64,000 nt of DNA, taken from NCBI GenBank assembly GCA_963693365.1, contig CAVNZM010000004.1, positions 14,196,524 to 14,260,523 on the forward strand. The letters run 5' to 3'. Below the pieces are notes generated by a model. It was not told the DNA's origin, did not search any database, and saw only the letters and a program-made list of their open reading frames with translations. The position numbers and the translations under genes were made by a program. The stretch's first letter is position 1; each line of letters starts with the position of its first letter. This DNA comes from Amoebidium appalachense (Eukaryota; Protista; Ichthyosporea). Shown one piece after another: positions 52,202 through 63,500 of this stretch.

Positions 52202-53526
52202 ATGGTGGCCAGAGACAAGGGCATTGAGCAGGTGATTGAGGAGACCTACGCCACCTTCAAGCTCCCCCCCACCGTGCAGGCACTGTGGCGGCGTGCAAAA
52301 GCAAAAGACAAGAGGGTAGGGCAACCGGCCGTGCGTGCCTACCTGTCCAGAAGAAACACCGGGCAGCAGGAATCCCTCAAGGAGGTGCTCGCCCCCCATC
52401 GTATCGAGAGGAAGGACTACCTCCCCACCACAGCACGGCCGAACAGCGTGGCGGCGGATCTGTTTTTCATGCCACGTTACTCAAAGGCAAACAGGGGGTA
52501 CAAGGGGGGATTGAGCATGATTGACATGAACACGAGGCAGGCAACGGTCGTGCCCATAAAGACAAAGGAAAGAGCTCAGGGAGCGGGAAGAACGAGCACC
52601 TCACCATCAGCAACGGGCCGGAGATGCAGAGGGCTGTGCACAAAGCCTTAAAGACCATCAGGGAGATGAAGGACGAAAGCAACAAAGGGGAGGAAAACCT
52701 ACAACCTACAGAGGTCAAGCAGATCTTTACGGACAAGGGCACGGAGTTCCTCAGCAATACAATGAAAAAGTACTACGATCAACACGACATCACCATCCTT
52801 CCTCAAAAGCCAGGCCGAAAACCACGCAACGTGGCCATGGTAGAACGGTTCCATCGCACCCTAAAGCAAGGATTGAGCAAGTACATGGAGGCCAACGACA
52901 CGGGCAAGTGGACGGGGGAGGGGTTGGAAAACGTGTTGGAGGATTACAACGACACGTACCATGGTTCGATCGGTAGAGAGCCCAACAAGATGACCCAGAG
53001 GGCCGAACGGTGGAACAGCATCAACACGTGGCTGGAGAACAGGAAGCAAAAAGGTAAGCTACGTGCCAAGATGGGGCACACGGAGGGCGTGCACGTGCGT
53101 GCACTCAAAAAGCCAAAGGGACCGTTTGAAAAGGAGGGAAGAAACTGGTCCAAGGACGTCTACACGCTCGCCTACAAGGATGCAAGTGGGTGGGCGCTAC
53201 GCAACGCGGCTACAGGGGAGATGAGGAAACACACGCCAGGCCTACGCTACGCTTGGCCAGACACCATGCTAAAGAAGGTACCACCTACCAGCGTGTCTGT
53301 ACCGCCCAGCAGCGGGATGCGTGCAGCTCGCAAGGAGACAGCCAAGGAGAGGGCTCGCGAGGAGCTGGCGTTTGAAGGGCGCGAGCTGGTGCGCCAGAAG
53401 GGCACGCGTGCACAAGCCCAAAAGGAAAAGGAAAAACGAAAGGCACAGGAACTGAGAAAACTGGAGTTTGCCCACCAACAGGAGCAAACGGGTCTGCGTC
53501 GCAGTGAAAGGCGTGCACGCCGCTAG
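52202..53526 (+). CDS. Retroviral-type (rve) DDE integrase (~441 aa, one frameshift)
   Basis: AADLFFM, IDMNTR, TDKGTEF, VERFHRTLK, YNDTYHGSIGREP; adding one A at 52558-52560 gives PIKDK and fuses the two ORFs. No chromodomain seen. Confidence 0.92.
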
Positions 53527-53883
53527 GTGTGACCTGCCCATTCTGGAAAAACCATCCGTCTTGAAAAAAACAGAGACGCCCCACCAACCAGCCACCGCGA
53601 AAACTGGCCATTTTGGGATGATTGCGCAAACAGGGGACGCCCCACCAACCAGCGACCGCCAAAACTAGCCCAATTTGGTCACCTTCCAAATCAGGCTAAT
53701 CCTCCATGTGCGGACCCCAGGCCCAGGTCCGGATCAGGCCCGTGCGGGTCGGTTCGGGTCGGCCTGGTCAGATTTGGGTCGCGTCGACCCATTAACGACC
53801 CGGCCCGACCCGACCCGGGCTAATCTGGACCGGCCCGTGGCCCGCGAAATTTTCACAGCACACAGGTGCGGGACTGTGTGATC

Positions 53884-54432
53884 ATGGGGCTGGGCAGCTG
53901 CTGCGGGGTGTACAAGGTCACACAGGACAAGAGGAAGGCCGGAGTGGACACTGTTGACAAGGTGCAGACACCAGCATGGGTGCTGGATGCACTCGAAAAG
54001 GAGTTTGGCGCACTCAATGACCCCTGCCCCATCACCTGGCGGGAGGGGGAGGACCCTTGCGCACTCACAGACGACGACGTGTGGTCCACCGAGAAAATAA
54101 ACTATGTCAACCCTCCCTTCTCTGAGATTCCCCCCTTTTTACGCATGGCCATACGGATGTACATATCCAAGGGTAGAAAGAGCGTGCTGCTCGTGCCTGC
54201 ACGCACGGAGGCACGCTGGTTCCATGACCTGGCGTTCAGGTACGCCGCAGAGATACGCATCCTGAGGGGCAGGATCAAGTTTGAGGGGTTCAAGAGGCCA
54301 TCGCCAGAGGGCGTGTGCCTGCTTTTGTTCACAGAGCCCCAGCCTGTCGGTGGCCCGCGTGTAGTGTCGTGGATGCCTGAGGCATACCCGCGCAGCTCAA
54401 AGGCAGGGGCCGTGTTGGGGCTGGATTTCTAG
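53884..54432 (+). CDS. Phage Dam-like DNA N6-adenine methyltransferase
   Basis: QTP..., DPC, YVNPPFS catalytic motif, VLLVPARTEARWFH, IRILRGRIKF: pattern of the phage Dam family (T1/HP1-like). Confidence 0.88.
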   Translation: MGLGSCCGVYKVTQDKRKAGVDTVDKVQTPAWVLDALEKEFGALNDPCPITWREGEDPCALTDDDVWSTEKINYVNPPFSEIPPFLRMAIRMYISKGRKSVLLVPARTEARWFHDLAFRYAAEIRILRGRIKFEGFKRPSPEGVCLLLFTEPQPVGGPRVVSWMPEAYPRSSKAGAVLGLDF

Positions 54433-54507
54433 CTTAATTACTAAGATCTACTAGTAGGGTCTAGATCATAAAAATGTGTGTTAGAGTGTATCTAGTGCGT
54501 GCACACC

Positions 54508-54771
54508 ATGGCCAACACCTACCAAATCGTGCTGAACGACCAGTTTCAGCCCCTCACTGCGCGTACGTCAAACGCCACGCACACAGACTTTAGCTACTAT
54601 GGCCAGCAGGCGATGGCACAGGCCGTTGCGGACAAGATATGCCCGCACGGTACCCGCCACCCCTTCTTCCTCAAACCAAGCACCATGGCAGGGTCTGCAG
54701 CAGGCCGATTGGCTCGCCCCAGACCCACCTTTGCGGCACTCAGGCGTGCACATGGCAGGCCCATGCACTGA
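54508..54771 (+). CDS. Hypothetical viral protein (87 aa)
   Basis: CACCATGG start preceded by AAAAATGTGTG. Confidence 0.55.
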   Translation: MANTYQIVLNDQFQPLTARTSNATHTDFSYYGQQAMAQAVADKICPHGTRHPFFLKPSTMAGSAAGRLARPRPTFAALRRAHGRPMH

Positions 54772-54868
54772 CCGTTAGTGTACGTAGTAGGCCATGGCCA
54801 AGCGGGCAATTGGCAGCCAAAAATAAAAATATTGTGCATGCATAAGTAAACGTGCAAGTCACATCACC

Positions 54869-55462
54869 ATGGGGGTGTCATCCGTCGCAAGGCAGGAGCG
54901 GCAACACGCGTGTCATCTACGTGCAGAACCAGCCAAACAAGGCGTCAGAGGTAGCCAAGTGGGTGGGGGCCCTGGCGGGCGGTGCTGCCTTGGGGGCAGG
55001 GGGGTACTATGCATGGAAGCACAAGGGGGACATTGCGAGGGGGGTGGGCAACTACATGTACAACAAGGCTGCGGATGCTGCCACCTACACTGCAGGGAAG
55101 GCGGGGGAGGCGGGGGGGACGGTGTTCAAGGGCCTCAAGGGGGTAGCGCGTGCCACAGGTGACGCAGCCCTGCAGGGCACGCAGCGTGCAGGGCAGGGCG
55201 CGCAGAATGGTGCATTCAGTGCGTGGAAGACCCTGAGGAATGGCACGAGCCTCTGAGGGATGCGGGCAACTACCTGCTGCACAACACCCAGGATGCGTTG
55301 GGATATGGTCCTTATAACTTGAATGCTGCAGGCCCACGCACGGGAAACAGCTACGAGTGGAGAGGGGGCGGAGGGGGCGGTGCGCAGGTGCTTGTCGGCG
55401 GTAAGCCCTACGTCTGGCCGCCAGCCAGGTCGCCAAACGTATCGGGACGCGGCATCCTCTAA
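54869..55462 (+). CDS. Gly/Ala-rich membrane-associated protein (~197 aa reconstructed, two apparent frameshifts), possibly N-myristoylated
   Basis: Removing one G from ATGGGGGTGT gives MGCHPS; hydrophobic WVGALAGGAALGAGGYYAW; ORF 55223-55462 likely continues it. Confidence 0.55.
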
Positions 55463-55746
55463 TGGAACCTTCCGTTTATGGTAAGTGTGCAGGGAAAAAC
55501 CGTTGGCGGGCGGTGCGAGCGGCCAATCAAATGCTGTAGCCTTTGTTGACTTGCATTCCATTGGCGACTCCCCTGTGCTCCTATTGGACGCCTAGGGCAA
55601 CAGGAGTCACCGAATTTTGGAGCACGGTAGCGTGTGTGCACCGGAGGGCACAAAAGCCACCTGCAAACGTTCCTTCTTCAAACACTTTTTCTTTATTCTA
55701 AGCCACTCTAGCCTGGTCTTTTTGCAAGCAGCGAACTTTGGAAACC

Positions 55747-56847
55747 ATGGCAGACCTCTCCTTCCTGCCCCCTCTAGATCTAGACGATGCTGATGTTCTT
55801 GCTGCCGCCGCAGCAGCCATTTCTGTGCCAGCCCGCAGGCCTCCTCCTGGCCGCACCTTCTCCTGGCATCTCAAAGTTTTGGATCTTGACACTGTTCTGC
55901 TTCAACCCTTCTACGCATCCTACCGCACGCTTGCTGAGGGGTATGCAGCACAGCCCAGTGTTTCCGCCAACGCAGCGTCCTTCCTCCTCTCCGCCAAGAA
56001 AGGTGACTTCTTCGCTGGCTATGATGCAGGGGGCGAAGTCTACTTCCAAAAACGCTTCACGGGTCTAGATGACTTTGATGGGGCATGGCTCCCTGAGATG
56101 CTGGTGCGTGGTACCATCTCTGAGCCTGCAGAACTGGCTGAACTGCACGGCAAGTCGCTTTTGGCAACACTCGCGTGCCGCAACGCCCTCATGCTCAAGG
56201 GGGTGGCTGCTGCTGTGGTAGACACCCTCCTACCGCAGTTCACAGAGCATGAGAGATCCACTAGGCACAAGGTAGAGACAGACCCTCAGTTGGTTGGCGA
56301 CTACATGCAGAGGTACCTGGAGGAGATAGAGGCCAACTGGGAGCCCATCGTCGGGATGTGCAAGGCAGGACTCACTCCCCACAGGGAGAGAGAGGTGGCC
56401 CGCCACCTGGCTCGTGTTGTTGCTGGCTTCCTGCAGACCATGGTGGCCACTGCAAAGGCAGCCAAGTTGAAGTCCACGCCCCTCTTCAAAGGGGTCGCCA
56501 TGGATGTCCTCCATGACATGCAGGCATTGCTGCGTGGGGTTGCGAATGAGCGTATGTATGGTGCAGGTGAGAAGATTGTGTTTGCAGGGCTGATCAAGAA
56601 AAACATCCACAAGGAGGCACCATCACGGCGCAAGTCCGGCACGTTCATCGACATTGCCCCCAAGGAGAAGGAAAACCTTGCCCCCCTCCGCAGCAGCAGC
56701 ACCAACAGCAACACCCCTTACAACAACAACAACAACATCATGACGGTCGGTGCCCCCTACTTCTACGGTAGGACCCGGGTGCCTAACTTACTCCGTACCT
56801 CAGCGGCACCGCCCCTCAAGACTGTGAACCGAGGCTACATGGGCTAG
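55747..56847 (+). CDS. Hypothetical viral protein (366 aa) with acidic N-terminus and KEN motif
   Basis: Long intact ORF, ACCATGG start, CCAAT-type motifs upstream (55523, 55560, 55583). Confidence 0.8.
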   Translation: MADLSFLPPLDLDDADVLAAAAAAISVPARRPPPGRTFSWHLKVLDLDTVLLQPFYASYRTLAEGYAAQPSVSANAASFLLSAKKGDFFAGYDAGGEVYFQKRFTGLDDFDGAWLPEMLVRGTISEPAELAELHGKSLLATLACRNALMLKGVAAAVVDTLLPQFTEHERSTRHKVETDPQLVGDYMQRYLEEIEANWEPIVGMCKAGLTPHREREVARHLARVVAGFLQTMVATAKAAKLKSTPLFKGVAMDVLHDMQALLRGVANERMYGAGEKIVFAGLIKKNIHKEAPSRRKSGTFIDIAPKEKENLAPLRSSSTNSNTPYNNNNNIMTVGAPYFYGRTRVPNLLRTSAAPPLKTVNRGYMG

Positions 56848-56979
56848 TGCACAGGATAGGGGGGCTGTGCCCTAAACTTTGCCATTGTTAATTTTTTTAG
56901 TAAAGTACCTTAAAGTTTGAGCATGCCATGGCCTCATTAACATAGACACCGTTGTGATTTGTGTATACATAGTGGGCAG

Positions 56980-57388
56980 TGCCCTTTATTTTCACGTTTT
57001 GTTTCTTCTTCTTTTATACAAAGAATTGAACCGACGGCAAAAATAAACTTTTGTTTTTTTACGAAAGGTCCAAGAAAAAAACAGAGCACAAGCTGAAGAC
57101 TACCATGGTGCATTGCACACGTGTGCCTGCACGTGTGCGTGTGTGTGTGTGCATGTGTGTGCATGTGTGTGCTTGTGTGTGCCAAAACACTCTAACAAAA
57201 ATCTATGAAGATTTTAACGATAAAAAATAAAAAAAAACTTGGTGATTTATGGATACATTGGGCGGAGCCCTTTATTTTCACGTTTTTTTTCTTCTCTACA
57301 AAGAAAACCGACGGCAAAAAGGTCCAAGGAAAAAAAAACAGAGCACAAGTTGAAGACTACTATGGTGCATTGCACACGTGTGCCTGCA

Positions 57389-57433
<45 letters not shown>

Positions 57434-57442
57434 ATGTGTGTG

Positions 57443-57479
<37 letters not shown>

Positions 57480-57525
57480 CAAAAGACTCACGAAAATCTA
57501 TGAAAATTTTAACGAAAAAAAAAAA
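56980..57525. repeat. Imperfect tandem duplication (~270-bp unit, 2 copies) in a viral intergenic region
   Basis: GCCCTTTATTTTCACGTTTT...GGTCCAAG...GCATTGCACACGTGTGCC...AAATCTATGAA at ~56980 and ~57267. Confidence 0.85.
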
Positions 57526-57605
57526 TAGAAACAAAAATAAAAATAAAAAACCAAAGGCAACCAACAGTCACCCTACCACACCCTTCTACGTGTGCATGCA
57601 TGCGT

Positions 57606-57715
<110 letters not shown>

Positions 57716-58151
57716 ATGTGTGTGTGTGTGTGTGTGTGTGCGTGTGTGTGTGTGTGCATGTGTGTGTGTGTGTGTGTGTGTTGTGGTGTAACTTCTAAGT
57801 GTTGCTACCTAAAAGTGCGAAAAGAGATGATTGTGAAAATGTTTAAGAGTTTTTTCTTCACAAAAAAAACGAACGAAAACGAGACGAGACTGAGAGAGCT
57901 GACAGTTGATAGAGTGCACATGGGAGAAAAAAGTGTATACGTAATATTACGTAACATTCAATTTCGCTTGATTTCATTGGCTCATAGGTTACGCAAAGTA
58001 TTTGGCGCAATCATTTACTCTCTCACTCATGTACGTACTAAGTCAACTCAGTCGCGGCGGCACACAGTGTTTTTTTTTTTTTTTGGGAAGAAGTTTATTT
58101 CGTGGCATCACCCGGAGGTAAAGAGATTCTGAATAAACAGACATGTGCCTA

Positions 58152-59782
58152 TTACATCCTGAGCATTTTGGCCTTGTCATCACCGGGCATGGGCGTGCCA
58201 GCACGCTTAGCCTGCCCCATGTCTACATCACCCCCCTCCCCCTCACTACCCGCACCATCACTGACCAACTCCATCAGACCATCTAAATCAAACACCTGAA
58301 CCTTGCGGGCAACGAGCTTGGTGCGCACAGTGTTGCTCTTCTTGTTGTAGATGACACTGGTGGCGGCAGCAGACACCCATGCAGTAACCTCACGGCACTT
58401 GGCACGCTGGGAGTTCATAAACTCCACAAACTCATCCACAGAGGCCGCGTTGTTGCCCAGCTTGAAGAGGCAGGGGTTGCGGCCAGTGGGGTTGGGCAAT
58501 TCTGTTATTTTGTGTGGGTAAACGGAGAAGCAGAGAGCACAGATGGGTGTTATGTAAAACACAACACAAAGACACACGGGAAAAACACAACCGGAGAGGA
58601 GGAACGATTTCTGGAACCATAGGAAGTGAATACGACTGCTTATGATTTATTTCAAGATGAGGTCCCTTTTATACTTGGGAATGTGAAACGATAAACCAAT
58701 CAAAAGGACGAAAACTATGAGTGTAAAATATATCGATTAAAATGTCTGTCGACACATAGAATATAAAACTCAATCCTCTAATGAAAGAAACTTCTAATAA
58801 AAGCACGGAAACATTTAACAAAATGAAACCACTTATGTAACTATTAATTCATAACATATATTTATACATGTTCTTATCATAACACGTCTAAATATAATTT
58901 TTTCTAATAGTTGAAGAACATAGCACAATGCTACGTCGTGGGAAAGGAATGAGAAAGGAATGTAAGTTACTATATTTGGGAAAATACAAACGAGATATGA
59001 TTGGATGACATATATAGATTTTGACGCAAACGACAATACGTGTGCGCGAGCTAAGTATGTCGATACGTACACAGATCTAAGATGTCGTGTACACGGAAAC
59101 GGAAAAGAAAGAAAGAAATGAAGAAAGGAAAAGGAAACAAACTACAACAACTAATAAATAAATACCAAACTCAACTTCTAAGTCTTGCTGAGAATTAAGT
59201 GAAGATGACAAATTCCAACGTCACGTTGAAGTAGGTGTCGCCCAGTGCCCCCTCCATGTCCTCCTTGCTGACGGGGTTGGCACCCAGCACCTCGTACAGG
59301 TTGGGGTTGTGTCTGGACCACAGGCTGCTGCTGGTCTTGACGGCAACGGTGTCCAGATCGACATCCTTGAGCATCTCGTGGTCCTTGTGCATCCACAGCA
59401 CGTCCTTGGCCATGCTGCACACGTAGGGCCACAGGCCAACGGCGTAGGCCACCTCAAAGGGCTCGGGGCGGCGCTGGGACTTGATCTTGATTGTGGTCTT
59501 GTCGTAGGCAGACAGGTGGGTGCCCAGTTCAATCAACATCTGCCCGTTGATGTTGATGTTGGGCAGGTTGTACAGCTGCACCACCAGCACGTCGTTCATG
59601 ACCCAGGGTGCACCCATGGTGGCCTTGCCCACACCGTTGAGGAACACCTCCTTGTACAGCACCATCTTGGCCCCCTCAACGCTGTTGTTGATGTTTTCTT
59701 TGCCACTGCTTGCCGCGGCGATGCTGGTCCTTTTGACGGTGGACAGACCAGTCATTTGACGCAGCAGGGTTGGCTTGACCAT
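58152..59782 (-). pseudogene. Viral protein (305 aa reconstructed), possible OB-fold ssDNA-binding protein, split by a solo LTR
   Basis: Excising 58503-59210 plus one TSD joins YFNVTLE-LPNPTGRN in frame; beta-rich C-terminal half with acidic/Gly tail. The gene is well supported; the function is a guess. Confidence 0.65.
58503..59210 (-). mobile_element. Solo LTR (family C), 708 bp
   Basis: TGT...ACA termini, TSD AATTC (58498-58502, 59211-59215); related ends at 1-47 and 63285. Confidence 0.92.
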
Positions 59783-60000
59783 TTTGCTGTTGCTTGGGGG
59801 GTGTGGTGAACGTTACTGTGGTGTGCACCTCGACTGTGACTGTCTGACTCATGTTTGGTTGGTGAGAGGTTGCCTGTGTGCGGCTGTTTATGTACACGGT
59901 GGTAGGATGCAGGGTGCGTTTCTGGCCAATGAGGACCGTAATCCCTGTTCCCTGTGCCCTCATTGGACACCTAGAACCACATGTGCCAGTCTAGATTCCG

Positions 60001-60474
60001 ATTGGACGCCTTGTGCGGCAATTGGCTTTTTTGAGCCGAATTATCATTGGCCGCCCTGCGCATCCGTAATGCCATTGGACGCCTTGTACATGGAATTCAG
60101 AATTCGAATTTCCATTGGACGCCTTGCGCAAACCTTCGCATTCCTTTGATCCGCACTTGTGTACATGTACGCACCACATGTACGCGTACACGTACGCGTA
60201 CACGTGACACGCCCTCTCTCTCTTTAATTGTTTAATCATTTAATTAAAACCACGTGCTCTGCACGTGTTTTACACACACACAAACACAGTGTGTGCACGT
60301 GCTCCTGTACATATATCCACCCATATCACATATCCCATATCGCGATATGTGTACACAGATATCACATATCTCATATCCACATATCCCATATCCTGAGGGG
60401 GGCGGATAATGGTTAATGTGACGTCATCTTTGATGACGTCGACATTAACCATGTGCCGCGCCCCTCATTGTAGT
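60001..60474 (-). repeat. Right terminal inverted repeat (474 bp)
   Basis: Ends CCGCGCCCCTCATTGTAGT; reverse complement of 26029-26508. Confidence 0.95.
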
Positions 60475-60487
60475 GTGTGTGTGTGTG

Positions 60488-60608
60488 TGTTGGAATACGT
60501 CACCACGTATGACAGCAAGAGCCTTGAAGTATGTATGTTTCTTAGCTTTGTTTGTATTCGTGTCTGCTTTCCTTCTTTGTGCTCTTTCCCTTTTCTCTTT
60601 TCTTTCTT

Positions 60609-60640
<32 letters not shown>

Positions 60641-61470
60641 CCCCCCCCCCCCCCTCTAGTAGACCACATCATGAAGTCAGCTCTCTGCAAGGTCGACCTC
60701 CCCGACATCTTCCTCGGCACCAACCCCCCCCCCCCCCCCCCCGTATCTCTCTCTCTCCTTGTTTCTGTGAGCACAGATATCTGTAGATCTGTGCACACCT
60801 GGCTCTCTTGCCTGATAAGAACTTATTGTATTTTATTTCTGTTTGCTCTCCTCTGTTTATCTGAGAGGTAGCGTGATTGGCTAGCTACATTCGTTGTCTT
60901 TCTTATATTTCAAAGTGGCTTAGTTTTTGTTGTCAATAGGATGACTCGCCAATAGTCGCAAGCGAGTACATCTGTAGATCGTGTTGTGCATTCCTGTTTA
61001 TTAATATATGTGTTGTGATTGGACAATAGATACATATGGAATAATTCGGTTTATTGCAATGTGTCTTCACTTTGAGAGTGTCGACTATTAGGAAATATAT
61101 GTATTAAATGAGTTTCTTTATAGATCGACGAATATTTGAATATATATGTGTGTTAATAGTGGCCATAACTACTTAATTTATTTAAGTAAGAGTTTCTAAA
61201 CTTTAGTTAAGTCGGAAGTTGGAATGCGTATGCTCTGTCGGAATGTGTTTTTCTATCTTCTGATAGAACCGATTGGTTCTCCCCTTTAGTTGTGATAAGC
61301 TGATAAGTCGCAAGTACAAAAAGAACCGAGAGCACAATAAAGGATCAGTTGTTGTTTGAAATCTTTCAATGTCTCGTGAACAACTCGGATTGCCCTCACT
61401 TTATTGTGTTAGGCGTGTTTTACATGACACCTCTGTACACTCTGCTCCCTTAGACCCGTACAAAGCAACA
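60488..61470 (+). mobile_element. 5' LTR (family B) of a copia-type retrotransposon
   Basis: TGTTGG...CAACA followed by GGTTAAAGGCCCA, similar to the copia half-tRNA-iMet PBS GGTTATGGGCCCA; gag-like sequence downstream. Confidence 0.7.
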
Positions 61471-61515
61471 GGTTAAAGGCCCATTTTCGCACGCTCTCGC
61501 AACACATTCTCTCGC

Positions 61516-62441
61516 TGTAAAATTATATAAGTATTTAGGATGGAAGCAGAGACGGCAGTGGTGCAGTGTGAAAACACCACAAACACACAACAACAAAACA
61601 CGGAACGATCGGAGCAGTGTACACAACAGACATCAATGTTTAGACACGACTGAACTCAATTTATTTTGATCTTCGAATAAATACCTGAAATTCTCTTAAG
61701 TCTAATCCATACATGATTTCCGACCAGTCGGAAATCAGATCTGTCTCTAATAGAAACCAATCACTAAGAACCAATTTCTTTCAGAGAGATCTGGTACGCG
61801 GAGACGTACACGATAGGACACAGACACTAGTTAAGATCAACTCGTGTCATTATCAAGGAAGTTCTAACCTATGACACACTGCAAAGACTCAGACATATCA
61901 CACTTAACCTTGATGATTGGTTAAAGCCCGGCAACACATGAAAACTAAAGTAAATTAATGAAGTCTAATCACACATGTCAATCTAAGTGTAGCCTAAGTG
62001 TGTTACCGTCCAATCAACACATATTAAGTAACACAAATCTACCTAACATATATTAGTAGAAAAGAAATACGATTATACACATGAAGACAAGGAGAGAAAG
62101 AAAAGAAAATAAGGAAGGAGAAAGAGAAAGGAAAAGAGAGCACAGATCAACAAACAAGATAGTAATAGTATAATAGTATAACCAGAGATATTTATGTACA
62201 CACGAACATGTACACGTCTCTCCCTGAGTGGGTGGATCCGTGTACACACATATAAATAATCAAATTGATATTACAATACACGATTAAAGCCGATACAACA
62301 CGATTACAAGTATACAAGCATATCGGAGATCGATGCTACACTTTACATAATAGGAGTGTGGCATTTACACTAAGCATATGAACTGAAACATAACACAAAC
62401 TGAGAAGATCTTACCATATGTAAATACTACGTATTACAACA
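61516..62441 (-). mobile_element. Solo LTR (family A, diverged copy), 926 bp, nested in the copia leader
   Basis: TSD CTCGC (61511-61515, 62442-62446); ends match the reverse complement of 23297-24219. Confidence 0.9.
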
Positions 62442-62525
62442 CTCGCTGCAATCGAAAATATTCAAATTTGAATACCGATCTCAGGCTGATTCCTCTCCCG
62501 CGCATCATCTGAATGATTGATCACC

Positions 62526-63284
62526 ATGTCGGAGAAACCCGCGTACCTCAACCTCACCCCCTGGAAAGGGGAGGACACCACGGACAAGAAGTGCGGTAAA
62601 CGGCTCACCTATTATGAGTGGGAACCCGTCATCTTCATCATGGCTATGACACTGAGGAGGCATACACCGAGGCTTTTAACTTCCTTGAACAGATGTTTAC
62701 TCAACTCGTCTCCAATGATGAGCTGTATAACTCTGGTCAAATCCACGATGATGTGTCACCTGCCCAAGCTTTCCACAACCTCCGTATGGTCTATGCGGCT
62801 GAACGTGAAGATCGTGCTCGTCAAATCCTCCTCGACTACCAAACTCAAGGACTTCAAGACAGTCACGGCCTACCTCACCATGGCACGCCGTCTGTGGAGT
62901 ACCCTGCACATCCTCGAAGAGCCCTTTCCTCAGAAGACCATGGTTGATAACTTCTTGATCCACCTCAAGAAGAACCGTAAGTTAGTTTGTTCCGACATCC
63001 AGGCCATGATTGCCGACTACTTCCGTCATAACATCAGCTACGAGACCTACAACCGTCTAATCAGTGACATCCGAGCTGCAGAGATCCGTGAAGGTCTCAT
63101 CGACTCTGGGTCCGGGTCCTCCTCCTCCGTCCGAACAGCATGTGCCCTGCAAAGCCGTGTTCTCACCAAGGACGACCTCCGACACCGGATCCCCCGACAT
63201 GACAGCTCTGTCTCCCGTCACCCCCGTGGTCGTCCCACCGATCGATCCCCCTCAGTTGACCGTGATTACTCCCGGTCCCGTTCC
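62526..63284 (+). pseudogene. Copia-type gag, frameshifted and truncated
   Basis: YYEW..., SPAQAFHNLRMVY, KTVTAYLTMARRLWSTL, YNRLISDIRAAE spread over two frames resemble the copia gag (UBN2-like) pattern; follows LTR and PBS. Confidence 0.65.
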
Positions 63285-63500
63285 TGTTATTTTGTGTGGT
63301 TTTAACGGAGAAGCAGAGTGCACAAATGGGTGTTATGATATACACAACACAGAGACACACGGGAGAACACAACCGGAGAGGTGAAACGATTTCTGGGACC
63401 ATATGAAATGATTTCAACTGCTTGATATTTACTTCAAGATGAAGTTCCTTTTATACTCGGGAATGTGAAATCGATAAGCCAATCAAAAGAACGAAAACTA
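63285..63500 (-). mobile_element. LTR family C fragment truncating the gag
   Basis: Collinear with the first ~215 bp of 58503-59210. Confidence 0.8.
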
